Of a DNA stretch of 56,054 bases, positions 38,365-46,877 are shown piece by piece (position 1 is the first letter of the stretch; each line of letters opens with the position of its first letter). The translations under genes and the position numbers were made by a program. Source of the stretch: a virus (taxonomy: Duplodnaviria; Caudoviricetes); IMG/VR virus record IMGVR_UViG_3300025138_000048, positions 1 through 56,054 of that record. One strand, 5' to 3'. The notes beneath the pieces are model-generated. The model made no database searches. It was not told where the DNA came from and saw only the letters and a program-made list of their open reading frames with translations.

Positions 38365-39094
38365 TAAAACAAAAATAGGTTTACAAGTATTAGCTTATAA
38401 TTGTGCTACCACGTTTCAAAAAGTCATAGACCCCTGGATAAGTTTAAAAAAGGAATATGATATTAAAATTTGGGTTGGAAGTGGACAATTTAAGGAATAT
38501 GCTGAATTAGGTTATGAAAATTTAAATTATACTACTGAAGTTGTTTTAAACATTTATAAAGAATGTAATAAGATAGATTATCTTTTTAGTACTAGTGGTA
38601 AAGAATTATTAACAGATGCTGAAACAAGAGATAAATGCATCCCTTGGATGAAGGAAAATGATATTGAATTAATGATTCAAGTAGATGCTGATGAATATTA
38701 TTCATCTAAAGAGGCTAAAAATTTAATTGAATACGCAATAAACAATCCAGATTATACTTGTTATAATACTATTTTTAATAATATTATTGGAGATGGGGAT
38801 ATTGATGAATGGAGTAGGTTTAGTGCAGGGTGGATAAAAAAACATGGTGGGATTAGAAATTACTATTTTGATTGCCATTGGTGTTTTAATGATGATACTG
38901 ATTATAGATCGAAAAAAATGATTGATATTCCAAAAGAATTAGTTAACCCAAACCATTATACTTGGACTAATAATGAAAATACAACAGGTCCAGCTCATAT
39001 TAAAGATAAAATTGAATATCAAAAACGTATTTATAATGATGGGTGTGGATATGAATGGGATGAAGTAAATCAAAAAATTAAATTGAATGGGTGA
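38351..39094 (+). CDS. Putative GT-A glycosyltransferase
   Basis: LAYNC, QVDADEY (DxD); start moved to ATG 38351. Confidence 0.65.
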   Translation: MKNIDKTKIGLQVLAYNCATTFQKVIDPWISLKKEYDIKIWVGSGQFKEYAELGYENLNYTTEVVLNIYKECNKIDYLFSTSGKELLTDAETRDKCIPWMKENDIELMIQVDADEYYSSKEAKNLIEYAINNPDYTCYNTIFNNIIGDGDIDEWSRFSAGWIKKHGGIRNYYFDCHWCFNDDTDYRSKKMIDIPKELVNPNHYTWTNNENTTGPAHIKDKIEYQKRIYNDGCGYEWDEVNQKIKLNG

Positions 39095-39254
39095 TAAAAG
39101 TGAAGATATGTTATTTGAAGCTTATAACTTAGGGATTCAAGATGAGGTATTAGAAGAAGCTAAAGTAATTGAAACAAAATATCCTAATATGGAAATTGGA
39201 GATAGATTTGAAAAAGCATTAAGGAAAATTAAAAATAAAATAAAAAATGATTAA
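39087..39254 (+). CDS. Small hypothetical protein (55 aa, not in ORF track)
   Basis: MGDKSEDMLFEAY... overlaps both neighbours. Confidence 0.55.
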   Translation: MGDKSEDMLFEAYNLGIQDEVLEEAKVIETKYPNMEIGDRFEKALRKIKNKIKND

Positions 39255-39441
39255 AACGTATTTAGTAGAGTTTATAGAGTATGATAAAGATGAAGGACAA
39301 AAATTAACAGTTCAAACTAAAGATATAAAACATACTGTAGAACAAATAGGTAGAAATAGGAATATTGAAAAGTTATCATATAAAGAAATGAATCAAAGAA
39401 ATTTTGATGAAGATTTAGAACAAGAAATGCTAAGTATATGA
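39247..39441 (+). CDS. Hypothetical protein
   Basis: 64-aa ORF. Confidence 0.6.
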   Translation: MIKTYLVEFIEYDKDEGQKLTVQTKDIKHTVEQIGRNRNIEKLSYKEMNQRNFDEDLEQEMLSI

Positions 39442-39506
39442 GATGTTTTAGAAGTCTAAGACATAGATGGTGGAGATATAAACGTAAAAGTGTATGGGAT
39501 TTATGA
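39438..39506 (+). CDS. Candidate 22-aa Arg/Trp-rich micropeptide
   Basis: MRCFRSLRHRWWRYKRKSVWDL; ATGA overlap at both ends. Confidence 0.45.
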   Translation: MRCFRSLRHRWWRYKRKSVWDL

Positions 39507-39898
39507 AACATATAACTCAACATCCTATTAAAAAATCCGATTTAGGGTTTCATGGTAATTTATTTGGTGGTAAATTATTAGCTTGGTTAGATGCTGCTGC
39601 TGCTTCATTTGCAGCTGAGTATTGTGATACACCTCGTATGGTAACTAAGGCTATAGATAAGTGTGTTTTTAATAAACCAGCTCGTGAAGGTCAACTACTT
39701 AAAATTTATGGGAGTGTTGAAAATGTTGGTGAGACCTCAATAAAGTTATACATGGAAGCGCGATCTCACAACGTATATAACGGTAAACAAAACGTTATAC
39801 TCGCAACAAATATTATATTCGTCAGAGTCGATGAAATGGGAGATGCTATACCTATAAGCGATAGAGTTAGAAATAAATTTATGGAAAATAATGAGTAA
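39503..39898 (+). CDS. Acyl-CoA thioesterase (hotdog fold, YciA-like)
   Basis: HGNLFGGKLLAWLD, VTK, F.KP..G, VGETS, FVRVD. Confidence 0.85.
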   Translation: MKHITQHPIKKSDLGFHGNLFGGKLLAWLDAAAASFAAEYCDTPRMVTKAIDKCVFNKPAREGQLLKIYGSVENVGETSIKLYMEARSHNVYNGKQNVILATNIIFVRVDEMGDAIPISDRVRNKFMENNE

Positions 39899-40412
39899 AA
39901 AAATTATTTTATCACCAGTAGCTACTGGAAAGACAACGTTTATTAATAATAACCCATTAATAGCTTGTGGTGAGTGGCTTTCTACTTTTAATTATTATAA
40001 AAAAGGAATTCATATGGGTAGTACTGGAGCTGAAGTTCCTTCATCTCACCCCTTATATAAAAATTGGGAAAATCTATATAAAATAGGTGTTGAAAAATTT
40101 TATAATAGTGATAGTAAAATTATGATATATAATTGTCCTAATCATATTCCATGGTTAAAAAATGTTTATAATGATATTAAACTAGAGATAGTAATGGTTG
40201 ATGAGGATGAAAATTATAAAAGATACATTAAAAGATTAGATAATCATAAAGATAGTAAATTAACATTTAAAGAATTAATTAATATTAATTCATCACTGCT
40301 TAATAATAAATGGAGTTGGCAATGGATTTTGAATGAAAGAACAGAATATCAAAGATTATCTGACATATTTGATGTAAAAATTTATAAAACATTTGAAGAA
40401 GCCTGCGGATAA
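39891..40412 (+). CDS. P-loop NTPase/kinase-like protein
   Basis: IILSPVATGKTT. Confidence 0.55.
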   Translation: MSKKIILSPVATGKTTFINNNPLIACGEWLSTFNYYKKGIHMGSTGAEVPSSHPLYKNWENLYKIGVEKFYNSDSKIMIYNCPNHIPWLKNVYNDIKLEIVMVDEDENYKRYIKRLDNHKDSKLTFKELININSSLLNNKWSWQWILNERTEYQRLSDIFDVKIYKTFEEACG

Positions 40413-40413
40413 A

Positions 40414-40501
40414 TTTGGAGAAGCCAAAAATTGTTCGTATATTTACGGGGTAAATGAGGCATGAAGCCAATAGAACATAAGTAAAATAAATAAAGGTTAT
40501 G
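40414..40501 (+). promoter_or_regulatory. Early promoter and leader with hairpin
   Basis: TTTGG(40414)-N15-TTCGTATATTT; GGC-ATGAA-GCC; AAATAAAGGTTATG. Confidence 0.75.
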
Positions 40502-40687
40502 AAAAAAGTAAATTTAAATCCAACAAATTCAAAAGTGATTAATGGTGTAGTATTTGTTACTGCATTAAAAGTACAAGCAATGTCTAAATTATTATTAGAA
40601 CTTGTTGAGTATGGTAATAACATTATGCATCCTACATTAGGTAAAATGTATCAATATAATGGTAAATTTTCAAGAACAAATTCGTAA
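40499..40687 (+). CDS. Hypothetical protein
   Basis: 62-aa ORF after the promoter. Confidence 0.65.
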   Translation: MKKVNLNPTNSKVINGVVFVTALKVQAMSKLLLELVEYGNNIMHPTLGKMYQYNGKFSRTNS

Positions 40688-40689
40688 TC

Positions 40690-41331
40690 ATGAAAAATAT
40701 ATTATATACATTATCTACTATTTTAGCTCTTTCTTCATGTACTAAAGAAGCTATAGTTCAAACACCTTGTATGGGTGATTGTGAAACTTCTTATGAAGTT
40801 ATTTATAAAAACCAATTAATGACTACTAATAGTAATGGTTATTATGAAGTTGAATGGGATGAATTAAATTACTTTCAAGTATCAGGATATCTTACACCAC
40901 TTAATGATGATTATGTTGTGAATGGTGTTCCTTTAGTTGAAGCAAGGTTTGATTCTGATTATTGGGTTGTTTTAGATAGTTTAACATTTAATATACCAAT
41001 GTATTCTTACTTAGGTTGGTTTAATGATCAAGGATTAAGTACTCCAATTTCAATTGGAAATTATACTTATACTTTAACAGATTTAATTCAACTAATGCCA
41101 CCTCTTAATATTGTAGGTTATCAAATACCTAAATATTTTGATGTTGATCATCCAGCTGCTCATACTATATTAGGAACTTATTCAAAATATAATTATAGAC
41201 CTACTCAAAATATATTTTTGGATAATGAAATGATTGGGGATACAATAAATATTTTTATTGAAACTCAATTTAATACTGATATGGGTCCAAGTGAATTAGT
41301 AGAAAATAATATTAAAGTAATAATAAAATAA
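40690..41331 (+). CDS. Putative lipoprotein
   Basis: MKNILYTLSTILALSSC lipobox. Confidence 0.75.
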   Translation: MKNILYTLSTILALSSCTKEAIVQTPCMGDCETSYEVIYKNQLMTTNSNGYYEVEWDELNYFQVSGYLTPLNDDYVVNGVPLVEARFDSDYWVVLDSLTFNIPMYSYLGWFNDQGLSTPISIGNYTYTLTDLIQLMPPLNIVGYQIPKYFDVDHPAAHTILGTYSKYNYRPTQNIFLDNEMIGDTINIFIETQFNTDMGPSELVENNIKVIIK

Positions 41332-41336
41332 AAGTT

Positions 41337-41666
41337 ATGTTTATAGGAAATAAAAGTAAAGGTTTTTGTATGACATTTGATAATGGGTTTGAAATATCTG
41401 TTCAATGGGGTACTATGAATTACTGTTCAAATAAAGGTCAAGGTGGTGTTGATGAGCATGAAATAACAGATAAATGGAAATCACCAACTGCTGAAATTAT
41501 GATATCACATGCAACACCAAATAATAATGATAATATAGACTTAGGTAATGGTGATAGAGTTGCTGGTTGGCTTAGCACTGATACAGTTGCTAAGTTAATT
41601 GGTGTGGTAAGCAGTGTTAAAAATGTAGATGAATTAAATTTATACTTAAAACAAATAAAATTATAA
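41337..41666 (+). CDS. Hypothetical phage protein
   Basis: F.NG..ISVQW...YC motif. Confidence 0.65.
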   Translation: MFIGNKSKGFCMTFDNGFEISVQWGTMNYCSNKGQGGVDEHEITDKWKSPTAEIMISHATPNNNDNIDLGNGDRVAGWLSTDTVAKLIGVVSSVKNVDELNLYLKQIKL

Positions 41667-41800
41667 TGGATAAGCGTATTAAAGAAGTATTATATAATGA
41701 ATTACATACTATACTTCAGTATGTTGAAGATGGTGGCAGAGATGAAGCTGTTGCTAAATTAGTTGATTTAATTAACAGGTTAAGTTTCGATAAAATATGA
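41666..41800 (+). CDS. Small hypothetical protein (44 aa, not in ORF track)
   Basis: MDKRIKEVLY...; coupled at both ends. Confidence 0.55.
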   Translation: MDKRIKEVLYNELHTILQYVEDGGRDEAVAKLVDLINRLSFDKI

Positions 41801-41964
41801 AAAAATTAGCAATAATAGGTGGTTTAAGTATGATGACAATGGGTGGTGGTTATATGATTCATCACAAACAGTCAATTACACCTAAATTTAATTTAAACCC
41901 AAACACATTAGCAATTGCTAGTGGTGGGTTTTTTGTAGCATTAGGTTTAACGTATAAATTTTAA
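41797..41964 (+). CDS. Small exported/membrane protein ending in a beta-signal-like LGLTYKF (55 aa, not in ORF track)
   Basis: MKKLAIIGG...FFVALGLTYKF. Confidence 0.55.
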   Translation: MKKLAIIGGLSMMTMGGGYMIHHKQSITPKFNLNPNTLAIASGGFFVALGLTYKF

Positions 41965-41965
41965 T

Positions 41966-42142
41966 ATGAGACGATCTTATCTTAATGCATATAATTTATT
42001 TGTAGGTAAAACTACAATTGATGAATTAGCAAATAAAGGTGAATTTTATTTACCTGTGGATCATGATAACAAAGATATGTTATTAGATTATTTTGAAGGT
42101 ACTGAAGAGTATGAAAAGTGTAGTGAATTAGTTAAAATATAA
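41966..42142 (+). CDS. Small protein with C-terminal EEYEKC motif (58 aa, not in ORF track)
   Basis: ...DYFEGTEEYEKCSELVKI. Confidence 0.65.
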   Translation: MRRSYLNAYNLFVGKTTIDELANKGEFYLPVDHDNKDMLLDYFEGTEEYEKCSELVKI

Positions 42143-42145
42143 ATA

Positions 42146-42229
42146 ATGAGTAAAGAATTAAAACAATCTATCGCCATAGTATTAGTTGGGATGATTTCCT
42201 TAATTGGTTTAATATTAATCTTTTTATAA
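42146..42229 (+). CDS. 27-aa single-TM micropeptide
   Basis: MSKELKQSIAIVLVGMISLIGLILIFL. Confidence 0.45.
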   Translation: MSKELKQSIAIVLVGMISLIGLILIFL

Positions 42230-42230
42230 A

Positions 42231-42383
42231 ATGAAGCGTAGATATAGAGGGTGTGAATTAGATTCACCAACATATAGACAAGTGGCAGCTGAAATGGCTA
42301 AAGAGCGTGCTAAACAGGGATTACATTCCACAATGAGCATGCCAATTAATGAGTATAAACCAAAACGTGGTAAACATAAATAA
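42231..42383 (+). CDS. Small basic protein (50 aa)
   Basis: MKRRYRGCELDS...KPKRGKHK tiles between its neighbours. Confidence 0.5.
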   Translation: MKRRYRGCELDSPTYRQVAAEMAKERAKQGLHSTMSMPINEYKPKRGKHK

Positions 42384-42384
42384 T

Positions 42385-42633
42385 ATGGCTAAACAATTAG
42401 ACAAAGACATGATGAGAATGATGTCTATAACCGAGCGATTTAAATATCAAAACGATCTCAAGCGTATGAGATTTAATATGAGTGAAATTAAAAAAGAGCA
42501 AGAAGAAGTTAAATCAAAATATACTCAATCAAACGAACCATGGATAGATGAGGATAGAAGTGAGTATGATGATTTCAGTGACGGTGGAGATAGGAATGAC
42601 AGTGGTAATGGGGATGATTCAAACGAATATTAA
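42385..42633 (+). CDS. Hypothetical protein with acidic tail
   Basis: ORF track 42349; ATG 42385 is the more likely start. Confidence 0.55.
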   Translation: MAKQLDKDMMRMMSITERFKYQNDLKRMRFNMSEIKKEQEEVKSKYTQSNEPWIDEDRSEYDDFSDGGDRNDSGNGDDSNEY

Positions 42634-42649
42634 TTAAAACTAAACGACG

Positions 42650-42808
42650 GTGGAGATATATTATGGTTTATTAGGTGTTCCGCTTTTATTCGCTTTTGCC
42701 TTTGCATGGTGTTGGATTGAAGAGCGTTCTAGGGCGAAGGCTAAACGTAAGTATGACAAACAGATGGCTAAGTATGACACGTGGCGAAGAATAAACAATG
42801 GTGTGTAA
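42650..42808 (+). CDS. Small membrane protein (52 aa, GTG start)
   Basis: YGLLGVPLLFAFAFAWCW TM segment followed by a basic tail. Confidence 0.45.
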   Translation: MEIYYGLLGVPLLFAFAFAWCWIEERSRAKAKRKYDKQMAKYDTWRRINNGV

Positions 42809-42974
42809 CAAACATACAATGGGGAATATAAACCGGAACTACACTCCCATTAACCCCTTGCCTGTGCGCATCCAACCCTTACACTAGGTAACGAATATAT
42901 ACTTATGAACCGCAAATCGCGACGCATGTTCACAAATGGTCACAAATAATGCGTGGAAAGCGTTGTGAACAATG

Positions 42975-43004
42975 CTTGGATACCGCAAAAATTGTTCGTA
43001 TATT
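42975..43004 (+). promoter_or_regulatory. Sigma-A-type promoter with no convincing downstream ORF
   Basis: CTTGG(42975)-N15-TTCGTATATT; preceded by the inverted repeat TGTTCACAA(42927)/TTGTGAACA(42963). Confidence 0.7.
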
Positions 43005-43009
43005 GGGGT

Positions 43010-43520
43010 ATAAGCAAAAAAGACGCGCATTATGTGGTGAATGGTGATGGACTATGTGGTAATGAGCGCGACGGTGGAGCAGACTACGACGGTGGACATT
43101 ACTATACCAGCACCTTAGCCGTACCTTATACTTACAATTACATATCCTTATTATACATTAATAGCTACTTACGTAGCACCTAGGTATACCTTGGTGGGTA
43201 CCTTATCGGTAATAATGCTCACCGCGGTATGAACTGGATTATATATCATCACCATAATATCCCCTACACACATATATAGAATAGCAGCCGCCGTACCGCG
43301 TACGTACATAATAATACCCACGGTGCGCGGATATCCATCGACGCGTGTATGTGCGTAAAAAGGTTGTAGCGGGCTTCATAGATCGTACACTAAAATAGAG
43401 CATCGATGGTATATACAAATATATGCTCATGCAAGCCCCGTAGTAAATAAAGGAATCAAAAAATCGTAGTGGCGCATTCGTAGAGTACTAAAAAATTTCA
43501 CTATCGACAATGTATATACT
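43010..43520 (+). other. GC-richer, palindrome-dense non-coding element (candidate ncRNA, origin or packaging region)
   Basis: Clear compositional shift, many perfect 6-10 bp palindromes, long-range complementary segments, no credible ORF. Confidence 0.6.
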
Positions 43521-43693
43521 TATATAAAACGGTTAATAGCAGAGTCATATGTAAATTGCTAGTAACAGCAGTTAAACACATATCTATCAATATGAAACAT
43601 AAAACAGACATCAGCCCTTTAATATATTTAATTATAATGGTTGTCGTATTTGCAACAGCACTTTAAAAGCTTTTGAAGGCTTCCGGTAAAGTA

Positions 43694-43761
43694 CTTGGTT
43701 CCCCGAAATATCTTTCGTATATTCACGGCATATTAATAATTAAAAACAAATAAAAGTTATG
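43694..43761 (+). promoter_or_regulatory. Early promoter and leader
   Basis: CTTGG(43694)-N15-TTCGTATATT; AAATAAAAGTTATG. Confidence 0.75.
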
Positions 43762-44574
43762 ATTAATTCAGATGATTTACAAACAGCAAAGTATTTAACT
43801 AAAGAAAATATTGCTTCACTTGCACCAGCAGTGTTTGCAACTAAACCAAGTAGTGATGTTTCGGAGAAATACACACACATTCCAACAGAAAGAGTTATTG
43901 ATGATATGGAATTATTAGGTTGGAAGCCAATTGAAGCAAAAGAGGTAAAAGCAAGAAAGAAATCAACTATGGGATTTCAAAAGCATTTATTAGTATTCAG
44001 AAATGATGATGTAGTAATTAATGGAGAAGATGGTGATACAGTATTTCCACAAATACTAATGACTAACTCTCATGATGGTAAAAATTCATTTACATTTGCC
44101 GCAGGTTTATATAGATTAATATGTTCAAATGGTCTTGTAATTGCAGATACAAAATTTGAAGACATTAAAATGCGTCATATGGGTTATACGTTTGAAGATC
44201 TTCAAGCATTAATTAAAGATATGGTTGAAAAATTACCTCTAACCGTAGAGTCAATGAATAGAATGAAAGCTACAGAAATGGAGGAACTTGCAATTTTAGA
44301 TTTTGCTAAAGAAGCTTTAAATACAAGGTTTACAAAGAAAGAAATGAATAGAATTCAAATCGATCTTAAAGAACTTACAAAGCCAGTTAGAAACGAAGAT
44401 AAAGGATCAGATCTTTGGTCAGTATTTAATGTAGTTCAAGAAAAAATCGTTACAGGTGATTTTGATTACACAATAGGTACTAAACATAGAAAAGCTCGTG
44501 AAATTAAAAACTTCAAGCAAGATATGAAGATTAATAAAGAGTTGTTTAAAGTAGCCTTAGAATATGCAGCATAA
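43759..44574 (+). CDS. DUF932/DUF945-family phage/plasmid protein
   Basis: KYTHIPT, NSHDG, GLYRLICSNGL, LWSVFNVVQE. Confidence 0.85.
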   Translation: MINSDDLQTAKYLTKENIASLAPAVFATKPSSDVSEKYTHIPTERVIDDMELLGWKPIEAKEVKARKKSTMGFQKHLLVFRNDDVVINGEDGDTVFPQILMTNSHDGKNSFTFAAGLYRLICSNGLVIADTKFEDIKMRHMGYTFEDLQALIKDMVEKLPLTVESMNRMKATEMEELAILDFAKEALNTRFTKKEMNRIQIDLKELTKPVRNEDKGSDLWSVFNVVQEKIVTGDFDYTIGTKHRKAREIKNFKQDMKINKELFKVALEYAA

Positions 44575-44992
44575 GGATATTATTTGGGTTAATGGAACGT
44601 TTGATGTGCTCCACATGGGGCATGTCAAACTCTTCCAAAAAGCACATGAAATAGCATGTGAAGAATTTAGAAGTTTTAGTTGGAAGATAGTAGTTGGAAT
44701 TGATACGGATGAGAGAATAAGAGAAGCAAAAGGAGTAGGTAGGCCAGTTAATACATTGAAAAATAGAATGGAATTTCTCCACGCGATAAGATATGTGGAT
44801 GAAGTTCATGCATTTTATAGTGATGGAATGTTAGATGAATTAATAAGAATAAATGCCCCTAAATTTATGGTTATAGGAGATGATTATATTGGAAAACCAA
44901 TTATAGGAAGTGAGCATATAGGTGAAATAGTTTACGTACCTCGCTATGAAGGTTTGAGCTCTTCGGCTATTATAAATGGAGCCCACAACTAG
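44564..44992 (+). CDS. Cytidylyltransferase-family nucleotidyltransferase (HldE/RfaE domain II-like)
   Basis: NGTFDVLHMGH (HxGH), VVGIDTD, KGVGRPVN, GDDY, SSSAII. Confidence 0.88.
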   Translation: MQHKDIIWVNGTFDVLHMGHVKLFQKAHEIACEEFRSFSWKIVVGIDTDERIREAKGVGRPVNTLKNRMEFLHAIRYVDEVHAFYSDGMLDELIRINAPKFMVIGDDYIGKPIIGSEHIGEIVYVPRYEGLSSSAIINGAHN

Positions 44993-45017
44993 CATATATT
45001 TATAACAAAATTTCAGC

Positions 45018-45713
45018 ATGGCAACATATTCATCAGGATCAATGAGCGGAGGAGGAACACCAGGAGAGGTATTAACCGCGGCTACTACTTATACATTCGC
45101 GTTACAAAATAGAGACGGTCAATACTCACAAGTAGGAACGTCATATCTTGCTTTAGATGGCGACGGAATCGCTACTCAACAAGCTGGAGGTACAATTATT
45201 AAATCCGGACCACTTAATTTAGGATCAATTCCACTTTCCAACACTGTTTCTGGAATAACTGGCGGCCCCTACACATTTACTTTTGATGTTGAGGGAGATT
45301 TATTTGGAGGTGGAGCTATTATATCTCTTACATCGGCTGGAGGTGCTATTGTAAGTGCTATGGTTACAAACGGAGGATTAGCTTTTCAAACCGGTGATGG
45401 TATTACAATTAGTCAAAATGATTTGCAAGCTGCTGGCTTTGCTAATGCCAATGCTTCTCAACAAATAGATATTTTTGCCAACTTCATCAATGACAACATT
45501 GGTGATCCCCAATCTATTACTGGCTCATTTGGTGGATTCTTAAACTCCATCAATCAATCATCATTAGTTGAAGAACCTACTAAATTTTCAATTATGATGC
45601 CTAACTCTGGCTCAATTGGTGGTGCATTTGAATTTACCCCTACTACAACCGTACCTGCTAATAGCTACGCTATTCGCGCAACTGGTAATTTTGAATTGAG
45701 TATAACGGCGTAA
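45018..45713 (+). CDS. Gly/Ser/Thr-rich hypothetical protein, possibly virion structural
   Basis: Beta-rich, low-charge composition; ATATTTATAAC upstream. Confidence 0.6.
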   Translation: MATYSSGSMSGGGTPGEVLTAATTYTFALQNRDGQYSQVGTSYLALDGDGIATQQAGGTIIKSGPLNLGSIPLSNTVSGITGGPYTFTFDVEGDLFGGGAIISLTSAGGAIVSAMVTNGGLAFQTGDGITISQNDLQAAGFANANASQQIDIFANFINDNIGDPQSITGSFGGFLNSINQSSLVEEPTKFSIMMPNSGSIGGAFEFTPTTTVPANSYAIRATGNFELSITA

Positions 45714-45792
45714 TTGCGATATATACGTATGTAAGTATTAATATATGTAGAAGGGAGACCTTTTTAGAAGATTGAAAGCTTATGCAAAAAAA

Positions 45793-45877
45793 TTTGGTTC
45801 CCCGAGATATCTTTCGTATATTTACGGAGTAAATAAGGTGCAAAAAGCACAAGTATTAATTAAAAATAAAGGTTATG
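45793..45877 (+). promoter_or_regulatory. Early promoter and leader with hairpin
   Basis: TTTGG(45793)-N15-TTCGTATATTT; GTGC-AAAAA-GCAC; AAATAAAGGTTATG. Confidence 0.75.
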
Positions 45878-46207
45878 TTAAATAAACAAAAAGTTAAATC
45901 ATTTAGAGGTGATTTCGAAAAAACAGTAGCACAATTAGAAAAAGAGTATGGTGTTACTATTTCATTAGGTACAATTAGATTTGATTCTCAAGAATTAAGA
46001 GCAAAAATGACAGTTAAAGTGGGTGATGCACCTGTTAAATCATCAAAAGATGATTTTAATGTTGGTGATGTGGTATTTATTATGCATAAAAAAATAGATC
46101 CTATTAAAACTTTTGAAATTATTAAAATTAATAATAAAAACATTAAGGTTAGAGACAGAGATAATAACCAAATGATTAATGTTTCACCTTCACTATTAAA
46201 AAAATAA
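45875..46207 (+). CDS. Hypothetical protein with SH3-like C-terminal domain
   Basis: FNVGDVV...IIKINNKNIKV...VSPSLL. Confidence 0.65.
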   Translation: MLNKQKVKSFRGDFEKTVAQLEKEYGVTISLGTIRFDSQELRAKMTVKVGDAPVKSSKDDFNVGDVVFIMHKKIDPIKTFEIIKINNKNIKVRDRDNNQMINVSPSLLKK

Positions 46208-46211
46208 ATTT

Positions 46212-46673
46212 ATGAAAAAAGAAGATTATAAAGAAAATTTAGATACCTTAGTTACATTTGGAGAAGAAGGTCTTACTATGCGTAAAGATGATCCTAAAAC
46301 TAAGGAATTTAAAGAAAGTGTTGAAAAGCATAAAGAGAAAAAAAGAAAAGAATTGATTAAAAATAAAAAAGCTTCATTGTGGGAAGATATGAATTTATCT
46401 AATGCTAGAGCAGAAGGTGAAGAATTCCCAGCTTATAAAGAAAGAATGAAGATTAATAAAATCTTTATGAAAATTTATAAACAAATGGGTGATGAAAAGT
46501 GTAGGGAATTATACCCACAGGGGTTTAAATACGCTATAATTCAGGCTATGGAAGCAGAAGCTAAGGAAAAAGGGTATACAACCGTTGATAGTGGGCTTAG
46601 TAAAGAAGAACAAATAGCTCAAGCTAGTGAGAAAAATGGAGGAATAAAATTAGTAGAAGATGGAAATGAATAG
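46212..46673 (+). CDS. Hypothetical protein
   Basis: 153-aa charged ORF. Confidence 0.65.
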   Translation: MKKEDYKENLDTLVTFGEEGLTMRKDDPKTKEFKESVEKHKEKKRKELIKNKKASLWEDMNLSNARAEGEEFPAYKERMKINKIFMKIYKQMGDEKCRELYPQGFKYAIIQAMEAEAKEKGYTTVDSGLSKEEQIAQASEKNGGIKLVEDGNE

Positions 46674-46863
46674 CCAGCAAAAACGTTTTTTAGAAAAAGT
46701 AACATCTGAAGAGATTTTAGATTTTGCTAGTTGCCTTGATCAAGCTAATAGAGCAGGCAAAACTGTTGAAGTAGTATATTCAGCATTAGAAACAATTAAC
46801 TCAATACCCAGTATATCTCCATTACTAGCTATACAAATAGCATGTGGAGATTGGGATGTCTAA
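46660..46863 (+). CDS. Hypothetical protein
   Basis: 67-aa ORF. Confidence 0.6.
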   Translation: MEMNSQQKRFLEKVTSEEILDFASCLDQANRAGKTVEVVYSALETINSIPSISPLLAIQIACGDWDV

Positions 46864-46877
46864 TTAAAAATTAATAT

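Larger units (their letters stand above)
42580..43096 (+). repeat. Four co-oriented GACGGTGGA repeats
   Basis: Copies at 42580, 42646, 43070 and 43088. Confidence 0.8.

Noticed and set aside
42748-42779. TAAGTATGACA direct repeat
   Set aside because: Explained by repeated K-Y-D codons in the small membrane ORF 42650..42808
42953-43430. ORFs 42953..43183 (+) and 43239..43430 (-) as real genes
   Set aside because: The first starts upstream of and runs through the promoter; both have atypical composition and lack the A-rich leader; they cannot be fully excluded without Ribo-seq
43010-43520. tmRNA, RNase P RNA or tRNA in the non-coding segment
   Set aside because: No tRNA-like acceptor/T-arm ends and no GAGGAAAGTCC RNase P signature found by eye
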